Shown: positions 1-9,892 of the stretch, one piece after another
How the letters are laid out: every line of letters starts with the position of its first letter
Position numbering within the stretch: position 1 is the first letter of the stretch
From: an uncultured Lachnospiraceae bacterium
Lineage (GTDB): Bacteria; Bacillota; Clostridia; Lachnospirales; Lachnospiraceae
Length of the DNA: 64,000 bases
Reading direction: 5' to 3'
Assembly (NCBI GenBank): GCA_902786515.1
Contig: CADADA010000012.1
Location: 1,454-65,453, forward strand
Translations under genes and position numbers: made by a program
The notes under the pieces: generated by a model
What the model was told of the DNA's origin: nothing
Databases searched by the model: none
Seen by the model: the letters and a program-made list of their open reading frames with translations, nothing else

Positions 1-580
1 CTTTTAAGGGATAACGGAGCTTGGTAAGCTGTTTTTTAACTGCAGTTTCTGAAACAGGTTTTAACAGGAATCCGCATGCTCCTGTGTCCCAGGCGTCGAA
101 AGAGTATTCCATATATGCAGTGAGAAATATAACATTCATGCGGGGGTTAATTGTCAGAAGATCTCTGCATAAATCAAGCCCATTAACTTTACCCATCTCA
201 ATATCCACAAAGGCGAGAGATACAGTATTCTCTCTTGCAAAGTGAAGTGCTTCTGACGGCTTTGTAAAGCCGTTGACAGTTGAATATGGCAGAACCTTTC
301 TGAGAACCGGAATACTGCCGGTAAGAATGATTTTCTCATCGTCTATCATAATAACATTAGGAGAGTTGTTCTGATTCAGTGAAGCAGTAATAAGATAAGA
401 AATATCTATCATAAGAGTATCAGATATCTTCATGAGCATATCAATATCAGGCAGGCGTTTTCCCCTCTCCCAGTTGGCGATAGTTGAACGGTCAACATGT
501 ATCATTTCTGCGAGCTGCTGCTGGGAAAGTTCCTTTTCCATTCTTATTTTTCTTAGCGTCTCACCTAAAGTATTGTTCAT
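1..580 (-). CDS. XRE-type HTH + receiver (REC) domain protein, C-terminus cut by window edge
   Basis: Own translation of the minus strand from ATG (580-578): MNNTLGETLRKIRMEKELSQQQLAEMIHVDRSTIANWERGKRLPDIDML (HTH_XRE), then VIMIDDEKI...LAFVDIEMGKVNGLDLC...VIFLTAY...GFLLKP (REC acidic pocket, T/A and K signatures). The frame stays open to position 1. It is absent from the ORF track because there is no stop in the window. Confidence 0.75.
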   Translation of the reverse strand, partial: MNNTLGETLRKIRMEKELSQQQLAEMIHVDRSTIANWERGKRLPDIDMLMKISDTLMIDISYLITASLNQNNSPNVIMIDDEKIILTGSIPVLRKVLPYSTVNGFTKPSEALHFARENTVSLAFVDIEMGKVNGLDLCRDLLTINPRMNVIFLTAYMEYSFDAWDTGACGFLLKPVSETAVKKQLTKLRYPLK

Positions 581-755
581 TTCTCATCATTCCTTTCTGC
601 TCTCTTAATATCATAATCTATCATTTGAATAATAACAAGTGTTAAAAACCTTGTTCCATTAAAAAAATCTTAACAGATGGACAGAAACCAACTGCAAATT
701 TTTGTATAATATTTGCTGTGGATAAAAGAATTAATATATGCTATATTATAACTAA

Positions 756-2417
756 TTGAGTGAAGAATTGGAGGTGGCTTTTGTGGGAAGATACCTTAAT
801 CCGGGATGCATGAAATTCCAGCAGGTGCTGAATTCTGAAATCTATGTAGATAAGACCGGGATGATATCATATATTAATTCGGTTGTTAATACCGAACAGC
901 GCTATGTGTGTGTTTCGCGTCCGCGCCGATTTGGTAAGACTGTAGCAGCCAATATGCTTGCTGCTTACTATAGCAAGGGAGAAAGCAGACAGTTATTTGC
1001 AGACAGGAAGATAGCAGAGTGCGAAAACTGGGATAAGTATATCAATCAATTTGATGTTGTAAGGGTAGTTATGACGGACTTCATAAAGGAAAATAAAGAT
1101 GTTAGCCCGGCACTTGAGAAAATGACGGAAAGAATCCTTGAAGAATTGTCGGAGGCATATCCCGATGTTAGATATGATGCTGATGATCTCTTTTATAGCA
1201 TGGATAAATTCTATAGAAAAACCGGTAAACAGTTTGTAATAATAATAGATGAATGGGATGTGGCATTCCGTGCCTGCAAGGAAGATAAGGATGGGCAGAA
1301 ACTTTATCTGGATTTTCTAAGAGACTGGTTAAAGGATCAGGAATATGTTGCACTTGCATATATGACAGGAATTCTGCCAATCAAGAAATATGGACAGCAC
1401 TCCGCACTTAACATGTTTGATGAGTATTCAATCATAACACCAATGCAGCTTGCACCTTATACGGGATTTACAGAAAATGAGGTAAGAGCCCTGTGTGAGA
1501 AATACAATATGCATTATGAAGATATAGCAAGGTGGTATAACGGATATGTTGTCAATACACAGATACCTGTTGAGATGCGGGATAAATATAGGCTGGGTGA
1601 ATATGATAATAATAATTTATCTATATATAGTCCGCTGTCGGTGGTTAAAGCTATTTCTAACGGAATTATACAAAACTATTGGAATAAGACCGAAACTTAT
1701 GAAGCACTGGCAGAATATATAAGAATGAACCTCGATGGTCTCAAGGATTCGGTAGCACTGCTAATGGATGGAGGCAGGCTTAAGGTCAATATAAATAAAT
1801 ATCAGAATGATATGACCTCATTTAACGGCAGTAACGATGTTCTTGTAATGCTGATACATCTTGGATACCTTGGATATGATGTGGATACTAAGGAAGTGTT
1901 CATTCCTAATAATGAGATTCTTGATGAGTTCAGGAACTCGACAGAATCAGAGGAATGGATAGATACATTTACTTCGTTTAAGAAGTCACAGAAACTGCTT
2001 AGTGCAACATGGGACTGCAACGAGGAAAAGGTTGCAGAGCTCCTTGAATGGTTCCATGACACTGCGGAGAATAAGACATATAACAGTGAGGCAGCACTTT
2101 CGTATGCGGTGCAGATGGCATACTATGCAGGGCAGAAGTATTATACAACGATACAGGAACTGGACAGTGGAAAAGGATATGTTGATCTGGTATATCTTCC
2201 TTCGCCAAAGCATCCGGATAAGCCTGCACTCCTGATAGAGCTTAAGTACGATAAGACGTTAGAGACTGCGATAGATCAGATAAGGAGCAGAAACTATCCA
2301 CAAAAGTTAGAACACTACAAAGATAACCTTCTGCTTATCAGCATTAATTACGAGAAAGATGCGGACAGTACAGATACAGCCTATAAGCACCACAGCTGTA
2401 GTATAGAAAAGGCATAG
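756..2417 (+). CDS. AAA-ATPase-like / PD-(D/E)XK nuclease family protein (DUF1703-type)
   Basis: 553-aa ORF. The N-terminal YLNPG...IYVDKT...RPRRFGKT region and the C-terminal GKGYVDLVYLP...ALLIELKYDK nuclease-like motif are typical of this family. A GGAGGTG RBS at 769-775 favours the GTG start at 783 over TTG at 756. Confidence 0.7.
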   Translation: MSEELEVAFVGRYLNPGCMKFQQVLNSEIYVDKTGMISYINSVVNTEQRYVCVSRPRRFGKTVAANMLAAYYSKGESRQLFADRKIAECENWDKYINQFDVVRVVMTDFIKENKDVSPALEKMTERILEELSEAYPDVRYDADDLFYSMDKFYRKTGKQFVIIIDEWDVAFRACKEDKDGQKLYLDFLRDWLKDQEYVALAYMTGILPIKKYGQHSALNMFDEYSIITPMQLAPYTGFTENEVRALCEKYNMHYEDIARWYNGYVVNTQIPVEMRDKYRLGEYDNNNLSIYSPLSVVKAISNGIIQNYWNKTETYEALAEYIRMNLDGLKDSVALLMDGGRLKVNINKYQNDMTSFNGSNDVLVMLIHLGYLGYDVDTKEVFIPNNEILDEFRNSTESEEWIDTFTSFKKSQKLLSATWDCNEEKVAELLEWFHDTAENKTYNSEAALSYAVQMAYYAGQKYYTTIQELDSGKGYVDLVYLPSPKHPDKPALLIELKYDKTLETAIDQIRSRNYPQKLEHYKDNLLLISINYEKDADSTDTAYKHHSCSIEKA

Positions 2418-2918
2418 CCTGTCATTTATATATTATTTTAATAGAGAAGTTTTCTTTAATAATCCTTATAAAAATATGTTTCATTCTGACACATCACCTT
2501 GAAATCTTACTGCTTTTTGGCATACAATGATTTTGTAATTAAAAGGTGTCCGGTTTATAGGATATGACCCAAAAGTTGTATCCACTTTATGGGGCACAGA
2601 TTAAGAAAGAGGTTGACGCAGATGATGAATATTCTTAAAATATTTAACGAACGAACGATAGGGTTTTTTGCCCTTTTTTGCGTACTCTTGAATATAAAGC
2701 ACTTGATAAAAACTTCGGTAGGAATACCGTAGTTCTTGTCAGGTGCTTTTTTATATTAATATAGATTTTCATATCTGGTAAATAGCAAGGTTATTTATAT
2801 AAGTAAGATGGAAACAGATGTTATTACCGTATATGGGACAAAGGAGGTTTTTATTCAACACAGGTTAAGCGGCAGCCTTAACAGCCGTGAATACAGAACG
2901 AAAGAGAGGAAACAGCTT

Positions 2919-5900
2919 ATGAAAGCTAAGATGAAAAGATTTTTAAGCATTGTACTTAGCATTGCAATGGTGCTGGGAATGATGCCGGGGATGAATATGA
3001 CGGTGAAGGCTGCAACGTCTATGCCGGCTGCGGTTGATGGGGTAGTTAAGTTGACTGAAGATGTAGAATTGTCTTCTACATGGGAACCATCCGGAACTGT
3101 TACATTGGATTTGAATGGTTTTGGTATCAAGAAAACGGGAAGTGGAAGTGTAATAAAGATTAATAATGGAGCTTCTCTTACAATAATAGACAGCAATCCT
3201 GAATCTACGCATAAATTTAGTCTTAACGGAGGACTAGCTGTTTTAAATGAAGAAGAAGGCGATTTTACCATTAACGGCGGCTATATAACAGGCGGTACCG
3301 GTACCGGCGAAAATGGATATTTCTGGGGATCCGGCGGAGGTATATGGGTGAAAAACGGCACATGTACCATGAACGCAGGAACGGTTCTGGGAAACTCAGC
3401 CGGACAGGGCGGCGGAGTATGTGTTTATTCCGGACAATTTAATCTCAGTGGAGGTACAATAGCATATAACGATGTCGGCGTACAGTTGCGTTCAGGCAGC
3501 AGTCAATATAATGCCGGTGGTGCCTCAACAGCTACCTTAAACATGACGGGTGGAGAGATAAAAAATAACACATCTAACGGAGTATGTGGTACGAATTATT
3601 GTTATGGTGATTCAATTGCCAATATCAGTGCTGGTATTATAACTAATAACGGTAGCACGGGAGTTTCGGCGAAGAAAATTAGCATCAGTGGTTCACCATC
3701 AATTACGAACAATCGTAATATAGGCCTGTACGCTAGTACGTATACACTTTCTGGCGGTCCTGTTATTAATGGAAATACAGCGGTAGTGGAAGGTAGCGAA
3801 ATTCCAAGAAACATTTACGTACCGAATAACCGGATTATAACTGTAGATGGACCGCTTTTAAATGAAAATGCTATTGGTGTTACGATGGGCTCAGCAGATG
3901 GCCTGGGAGTATTTGCTGAGGCGGCAGACACTTATAATTCAGGGGCTCTTTCTGAGAGTGATATTTCAAAGTTTTGCAGTGATGCAGGTAACGGAAAGTA
4001 TATTGTGAAGAATGACGATAACAAAGCAGAAATAGTTCTTCACAGTCACATTTTTGACAATTATACACTCAGCAGTGATGATACCATTACCGCGACATGT
4101 AGCAACGTAGAAGGAGAGTGTACATTGCCGGAAGTTGACGGTAAGCATGTTGTAACTCTTACTATTGTTGCATCAGGTACTGCCGGTGCGGATTTCACCG
4201 GAGATATGGATGCGTTTGAGAATCTTCCGGATATAAATTATTATCATGCTAATGATGACGATACACGGGGCAACGCACTGGATCCGATTACGAATGCTCC
4301 ATTAGATGAAGGTAGATATTGGGCTGAGTTCACGCTCGGTGGACAGACTGCACATGTGATATATGGCGTGGAGGCTGTTGCTTCAATAGGAGAACAAAAG
4401 TACACTGTGCTTCAGAATGCATTGAATGACGTGGAAGACGGACAGACAATCAAGATGCTTGCAGATGTCAAGGAATGTGTCAACTTTGACAAAAACAATG
4501 CAGTTGTAACGTTTGATATGAACGGACATACGTTGGACGGTAATCAGAATGGTACGGTACTTACAATTAAAAGTGGTACACTTATACTTGACGGTGACGG
4601 CGTTATCACTGGCGGAAAGTATAATGGTAGTGGTGGTGGAGTCGCTATCAACGATGGGGGTACATTTAAAATGAATAGCGGAACTATCGAAGGTAATTCT
4701 GCATCCAATGGTGGTGGTGTTTCTATTGCTAACAATGCGGTTTTTGAGATGAACGGAGGTACGATACAGTACAACGAAGGATATACTTATACTGCCGGTG
4801 TTCTTTTAGAAGGTTCGGCCAGCTTCACAATGAGTGGTGGAAAAATACAGTTTAATGTTGGTAAGCTTTACGGTGGTGTTGGAAGTGCAGGCGCTAAGAC
4901 GAAGTTTTCCGGAACTGCAGTAGTCAAAGACAATGTCATTTTCACATCGACAAGTGGAAAAATAACCAAGACCGAGTCAGGATATAGTGTTGAGGAAGGC
5001 GGAACACCTTGTGATGTGAGAAATACTTCCTCAAATCCGGGAATGATTGAAATTGTCGGTGAATTGCAAAGTGGTGCAAAGATTGGTGTATATAATTACA
5101 TGAATGGAAATGAAATTACAACTGGATACAACACTTACAATCCGGATGACGACCCGGCGAACTATTTCTTCAGTGACGATGAGAAATTTACGTTAATCAA
5201 AGACGACAACGGTGAAGCTATACTACATTTAGAATTACTGATATCATCTGTTGATGACTGGAACGAATTTGTCAGTGAAGTAAACAACGGAAATACTTAT
5301 GCAGGAACAACAGTAAAACTTACACAGGATATTGAAGGTGTAACTCAATATATAAATGTTGGCAACTCGTTTAACGGAACATTTGATGGTCAAAATCATA
5401 TTATGATTGTCAACTTCCAATACCCTGACGGCGTGAGAGGTGCTGCACTTTTCCCAACTTTGAAATCGGGAAGCATTACAGTAAAGAATCTCACATTGGG
5501 TGGTATAATAAGCGGTGGACAACATTCAACAGGAATAGTCGGAGAAGTTTCAAATGGTAATAATGATAAAGCAGTAAACATTGAAAATGTTAATGTAGTT
5601 GCTGAAATTACACAAACAAGTTCACATCTCGGTGGTATTCTCGGACATGGAGGAACAAGAGATACGGTAACTATAAAGAATTGTCATTTCCTTGGAGATA
5701 TGAAAAGCTCTGCCGGTACTGCCACAGCTATTGGTGGTATTGTTGGCTGGGGAGAAAATTCAACCACAGTTCATGTTTCTGATTCCAGCTTTGGTGGTAC
5801 TTGCGGTGACACAAGCAGCTTTAACCCGATGGTGATTCTGAATGGTGCACCTGCCGGTAACTTCACAAGAGAAGGTATACTTAGAGCTAATAAAGAAACT

Positions 5901-8900
5901 TTTGGCAGTAGCGCCGTTGTATATGCTACTGATACTGAAACATGTAGCACAATTGAATATACTGTTAATTCAGAGTTTTCTTGTGATGGTACTCCTCACG
6001 GTATAGATATTCAGGTGACTGAACCGGCTGATGGTGCTATCATAACATACGGAACAGAAGAGGGTAAATATCTGTCATTGAATAGTCCGACTTTAACTGA
6101 GCAGGGAACGACAACTGTATACTATCAGATAGCATATCCGAATTATAATACAGTCAGAGGCTCAGCAACTTTGTCGGTAACAAAAAAACCGGCTAAAGTT
6201 ACAAAAGTTCCAGAAGCAAAATCATTGATTTACGATAGCTCTGCTCAAGAGCTTGTGACAGCAGGAGCAACGGAGGGCGGCACGATGCAGTACGCCATCG
6301 GAGCGGATGCAACCAATGAACCTGAGTCTGGATGGGATACGACGATTCCAACCGGCACCGATGCTGGAAACTACTATGTATGGTATAAGGTTGTTGGTGA
6401 TGAGTATCACCTTGATGTTGATGCTAATGTGGTGATTGTGAGCATAGACAAAGCACCTTGGATTAACAAAATGGTATTTGACTCTGCACCTGCAGGACAA
6501 GAAGGAAGTGTTAATCTGAGCGATTACATTGCCCCTGGTGGTCATATGGGAATTGCAAAATTAGAAAGTGGCTCACAGAGTAGTTCTTATCCTTCGGTGG
6601 ACGGTACAACATTAAAGTTTAAGTTTGACGATCTGGTACAGGGAAATGAAACCATTGCTGATATTACAATTCCTGTGACAGGATCGGCCAATTATACAGA
6701 TTATTATATTACTGCAACAGTTTCAGCACCGGCTAAAAAGCATCAGACGCTGACATTTGATTCTGATAAGGTGTCAAAGAAATATGGAGATGAGAAATTT
6801 GCAGTCGTTCCGACTCAGGGAGCTATAGAAGGATATGGAGATCCTTACGGCACAGTCTCTTACACTAGTGATAATGTTGATGTAGCTGAGGTTAGTGAAT
6901 CTGGAGAAGTAACCATTAAAAAGATAGGATATGCGGTTATTACTGCAAAGGCGGAGAGAACAGCGTACGAATCGGAAGCAAGACCAGGTTATCTTCCTGC
7001 AACTGCAAGTTATATTCTGACGGTAATCAAGGGAGACCCGGTAGTTACAGCACCTGGTACCAAGATTCTGAATTATAACGGTCAGGCACAAGAGCTTGTG
7101 ACGGCTGGAGCAGCCAAGGGTGGAACAATGCAGTATGCACTCGGCACGGATGCAACGACGGAACCTGCAGCTGAACTTTATACCACATCTATCCCTACAG
7201 CTACTGATAAAGGAAACTATTATGTATGGTATAAAGTTGTAGGTGATGAAAATTATAACGATAGCAAAGCTGACTGTGTTGTTGCAAAGATAGGAGCTGT
7301 CATTTCGAAGACAGTAACCTTCAAGGTGGTAAATGGAGCATGGAATGATGAAACAACAGAAGAAAAGACAGTAACTCTTATCGGATATGAAGGAGATACG
7401 CTGAAGCTGGCGGCAAATCAGATACCTGCAGCAGGAAACAAGCCGAGCGACATTTACAAGGCCGGAAGCTGGGATGTGACACCGGATACGGAGACAGCAA
7501 TAACTGCAGATACAACATATACTTATACATATGTAGAAAAGAATACAATCAGTGTAAATGTAACCTTCAAGGTAGTGAACGGCTCTTGGAATGAGGGTGA
7601 AGGCGACGAGGTAACGAAGGATAAGACTGTTACTCTGACGGGGCATGAGGGAGATACGCTGAAACTGGCGGCAAATCAGATACCCGCAGCAGGAAACAAG
7701 CCGAACGACATTTACAAGGCTGGAAGCTGGGATGTGACACCGGATACGGAGACAGCAATAACTGCAGATACAACATATACTTATACATATATAGAAAAGA
7801 ATCCAGTCAGTGTAAATGTAACCTTCAAGGTAGTGAACGGCTCTTGGAATGAGGGTGAAGGCGACGAAGCAACGAAGGATAAGCCTGTTACTCTGACGGG
7901 GCATGAGGGAGATACGCTGAAACTGGCGGCAAATCAGATACCGGCGGTAGGAAACAAGCCGAACGACACATACAAGGCTGGAAGCTGGGATGTGACTCCA
8001 AGCACAGATGCCGGAATCACTAAGGATATGACCTACACCTATACCTATGTGGCAAAAGAAACAGCAGTTGTAACAAAAGCGCCTGAAGAAAAAATACTGA
8101 CTTACAACGGACAGTCACAGGAACTTGTCACTGCAGGAGAAGTAACAGGCGGCACGATGCTGTACGCACTTGGAGCGGATGCAACAACGGAACCTGCAGC
8201 TGAACTTTATAAAACATCAATTCCTGCTGGAACTGATGCCGGAACCTATTGTGTATGGTATAAGGTTGTTGGTGATGAGAATCATACCGATGTGGCTACA
8301 GACAAGATTAATGTTACTATTGCAAAGAAAAATCTAACAGTAGCAGCAGACGCAAAGACTATCACATATGGTGATAATGATGCAGAACTTACTTATAAGG
8401 TAACAGGACTTGTTGAAGGTGATGCACAAGACAAGGTTATGACAGGAGCTATTACAAGAGAAGCAGGAACAGAAGCAGGAACATACAGAATTACTCAGGG
8501 CACACTTGCTTCTGAAAATTATGAGATAACATTTACTGAAGCAGATTACACAATCAAGAAAGCTGTACAGGCTGCACCTGAAGAGCAGTTTACTTCTACA
8601 AAGTCAACAAATGCTGAGAATGAAGATGGAAAGATAAGCGGATTTGATAAGGAAAAGGCTTATCAGTATTCATCAGATGATGGAAAAACATGGACAGATG
8701 TTACAGGAAAGACAGATGTGGATGTTAAGGCAGGAACATACCTGATTCGTTATGCAGAGGATAAGAATCATGAATCAGGACAGACTGTAACCATAACAGT
8801 TGAAGCAGAACAACAGGTGGTTCCGGAACCAGAAGAACAAGCTGTGATCATCAATCTTAAGTCTGTAACGCAGAAGAAGAACAAGATTCAGATAAGCTGG

Positions 8901-9425
8901 ACAAAAGTTAAAGAAGCTGATGGATATGATGTTTATGTTGACTATTGTGGAACTAAATCAAAGAAGGCTGTAAAGACAATAAAGAAAAACTCAATAACCA
9001 AGACTTCTATTAATAAGATTAATGGAAAAAAGATTAATCAGAAGAAGTGTTTCCATGCATATGTAGTTGCATATAAGATGGTAGATGGCAAGAAAGTTAA
9101 ACTTGCAAAGACTGTTGCGGCTCATGTTGCAGGAGCAATGAGAAAGGGGTATACAAACCCTAAGACATTGAAACTTACAAAGAGCAGTTTCAGCATAAAG
9201 GTAGGAAAGACAGCTAAGATTAAGGCAAAGGTTACACTTGCTGACAGTAAAAAGAAGCATATTTCAAAGGGACACGGAGCAAAGTTACGCTATAAGAGTT
9301 CTAATAAAAAGATTGCAAGTATTGATAAGAACGGAAAGATTAAGGGTATCAAGAAGGGTACATGTACCATTTATGTATACACTATCAACGGTATTATGAA
9401 GAAAGCAAAGGTTACAGTTAAGTAG
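2919..9425 (+). CDS. Giant secreted surface protein (parallel beta-helix repeats, Ig-like/MBG-like repeats, FN3-like and Big_2-like C-terminus)
   Basis: The track ORF is 2808-9425. The internal ATG at 2919 has an AGAGAGGA RBS and opens a signal peptide, MKAKMKRFLSIVLSIAMVLGMMPGMNMTVKA. Gly/Asn-rich GGG-containing beta-helix-like segments occur twice. A module of the form QELVTAGxxxGGTMxYAxGxDATxEP...YYVWYKVVGDE recurs 3 times. There are three 82-86-aa tandem repeats and a C-terminal KSSNKKIASIDKNGKIKGIKKGTCTIYV Big_2-like domain. No LPXTG motif is visible. Confidence 0.85.
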   Translation: MKAKMKRFLSIVLSIAMVLGMMPGMNMTVKAATSMPAAVDGVVKLTEDVELSSTWEPSGTVTLDLNGFGIKKTGSGSVIKINNGASLTIIDSNPESTHKFSLNGGLAVLNEEEGDFTINGGYITGGTGTGENGYFWGSGGGIWVKNGTCTMNAGTVLGNSAGQGGGVCVYSGQFNLSGGTIAYNDVGVQLRSGSSQYNAGGASTATLNMTGGEIKNNTSNGVCGTNYCYGDSIANISAGIITNNGSTGVSAKKISISGSPSITNNRNIGLYASTYTLSGGPVINGNTAVVEGSEIPRNIYVPNNRIITVDGPLLNENAIGVTMGSADGLGVFAEAADTYNSGALSESDISKFCSDAGNGKYIVKNDDNKAEIVLHSHIFDNYTLSSDDTITATCSNVEGECTLPEVDGKHVVTLTIVASGTAGADFTGDMDAFENLPDINYYHANDDDTRGNALDPITNAPLDEGRYWAEFTLGGQTAHVIYGVEAVASIGEQKYTVLQNALNDVEDGQTIKMLADVKECVNFDKNNAVVTFDMNGHTLDGNQNGTVLTIKSGTLILDGDGVITGGKYNGSGGGVAINDGGTFKMNSGTIEGNSASNGGGVSIANNAVFEMNGGTIQYNEGYTYTAGVLLEGSASFTMSGGKIQFNVGKLYGGVGSAGAKTKFSGTAVVKDNVIFTSTSGKITKTESGYSVEEGGTPCDVRNTSSNPGMIEIVGELQSGAKIGVYNYMNGNEITTGYNTYNPDDDPANYFFSDDEKFTLIKDDNGEAILHLELLISSVDDWNEFVSEVNNGNTYAGTTVKLTQDIEGVTQYINVGNSFNGTFDGQNHIMIVNFQYPDGVRGAALFPTLKSGSITVKNLTLGGIISGGQHSTGIVGEVSNGNNDKAVNIENVNVVAEITQTSSHLGGILGHGGTRDTVTIKNCHFLGDMKSSAGTATAIGGIVGWGENSTTVHVSDSSFGGTCGDTSSFNPMVILNGAPAGNFTREGILRANKETFGSSAVVYATDTETCSTIEYTVNSEFSCDGTPHGIDIQVTEPADGAIITYGTEEGKYLSLNSPTLTEQGTTTVYYQIAYPNYNTVRGSATLSVTKKPAKVTKVPEAKSLIYDSSAQELVTAGATEGGTMQYAIGADATNEPESGWDTTIPTGTDAGNYYVWYKVVGDEYHLDVDANVVIVSIDKAPWINKMVFDSAPAGQEGSVNLSDYIAPGGHMGIAKLESGSQSSSYPSVDGTTLKFKFDDLVQGNETIADITIPVTGSANYTDYYITATVSAPAKKHQTLTFDSDKVSKKYGDEKFAVVPTQGAIEGYGDPYGTVSYTSDNVDVAEVSESGEVTIKKIGYAVITAKAERTAYESEARPGYLPATASYILTVIKGDPVVTAPGTKILNYNGQAQELVTAGAAKGGTMQYALGTDATTEPAAELYTTSIPTATDKGNYYVWYKVVGDENYNDSKADCVVAKIGAVISKTVTFKVVNGAWNDETTEEKTVTLIGYEGDTLKLAANQIPAAGNKPSDIYKAGSWDVTPDTETAITADTTYTYTYVEKNTISVNVTFKVVNGSWNEGEGDEVTKDKTVTLTGHEGDTLKLAANQIPAAGNKPNDIYKAGSWDVTPDTETAITADTTYTYTYIEKNPVSVNVTFKVVNGSWNEGEGDEATKDKPVTLTGHEGDTLKLAANQIPAVGNKPNDTYKAGSWDVTPSTDAGITKDMTYTYTYVAKETAVVTKAPEEKILTYNGQSQELVTAGEVTGGTMLYALGADATTEPAAELYKTSIPAGTDAGTYCVWYKVVGDENHTDVATDKINVTIAKKNLTVAADAKTITYGDNDAELTYKVTGLVEGDAQDKVMTGAITREAGTEAGTYRITQGTLASENYEITFTEADYTIKKAVQAAPEEQFTSTKSTNAENEDGKISGFDKEKAYQYSSDDGKTWTDVTGKTDVDVKAGTYLIRYAEDKNHESGQTVTITVEAEQQVVPEPEEQAVIINLKSVTQKKNKIQISWTKVKEADGYDVYVDYCGTKSKKAVKTIKKNSITKTSINKINGKKINQKKCFHAYVVAYKMVDGKKVKLAKTVAAHVAGAMRKGYTNPKTLKLTKSSFSIKVGKTAKIKAKVTLADSKKKHISKGHGAKLRYKSSNKKIASIDKNGKIKGIKKGTCTIYVYTINGIMKKAKVTVK
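7314..8055 (+). repeat. Three in-frame tandem DNA repeats (246 and 258 bp spacing) inside the surface-protein gene
   Basis: GTAACCTTCAAGGT... restarts at 7314, 7560 and 7818. Copies 2 and 3 are nearly identical at the DNA level. Each encodes VTFKVVNGSWNEGEGDE..TKDK.VTLTGHEGDTLKLAANQIPA.GNKPND.YKAGSWDVTP. Confidence 0.9.
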
Positions 9426-9470
9426 TATTTATTAATAATTCCGTGTAATGAAAAGTAAATTCAGAACTTC

Positions 9471-9499
9471 TTGACAACACGTTTTAATTATTGTATCAT
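9471..9499 (+). promoter_or_regulatory. Sigma-A-type promoter of the aspS-gatCAB leader
   Basis: TTGACA (9471-9476), 17-nt spacer, TATCAT (9494-9499). Confidence 0.6.
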
Positions 9500-9519
9500 C
9501 TTATCTGTATAAGTCAAAA

Positions 9520-9802
9520 TGCAGTGAAGGAGACTCTGCCAGAGGGAAGACGACAGGAATACGGTGTCAGCGACTGAGAGCACCGTTCGTAAGAAGCCGG
9601 TAAGGGAACACTCCGGAGCAGACATATCGAATGAATTTATTCTGTAGGTATGTACGTGTGGCGTGCGTTATGCGCTTGGCATGGATATTGCTTTTCCGTG
9701 CGAGAGAGTAAGAAGTGATTCTTAAATGCGGGTGGTACCGCGGATTATTATAAAGATAATTCGTCCCGGGATATTAACTATAATAATATCCCGGGATTTT
9801 TC
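9520..9802 (+). promoter_or_regulatory. T-box riboswitch leader with terminator
   Basis: The conserved T-box sequence AATGCGGGTGGTACCGCG lies at 9725-9742. It is followed by a terminator, CCCGGGATATTA...TAATATCCCGGG plus T-run (9765-9802). The Stem I base has UGCAGUGAAGGAG (9520-9532) pairing with CUCCGGAGCA (9611-9620). The specifier-loop context is AAGGGAACA (9602-9610). Confidence 0.85.
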
Positions 9803-9892
9803 TATGTAGATATGTAACTGTTCAAAGCCCGGCTATGAACAGTTAAGTAAATAATTTCGAAAAAAACGGGATTAAAGAAAGGAAAGAGAAAA

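Noticed and set aside
2808-2918. Upstream 37 codons of the giant ORF
   Set aside because: There is no RBS at 2808. The internal ATG at 2919 has an RBS and starts a canonical signal peptide.
6774-7904. 376-aa minus-strand ORF
   Set aside because: It lies fully antisense to the surface-protein gene and its own sequence is just the repeats read backwards (periodic Cys/Ile-rich text). It has no RBS context. It is a shadow ORF created by the tandem repeats.
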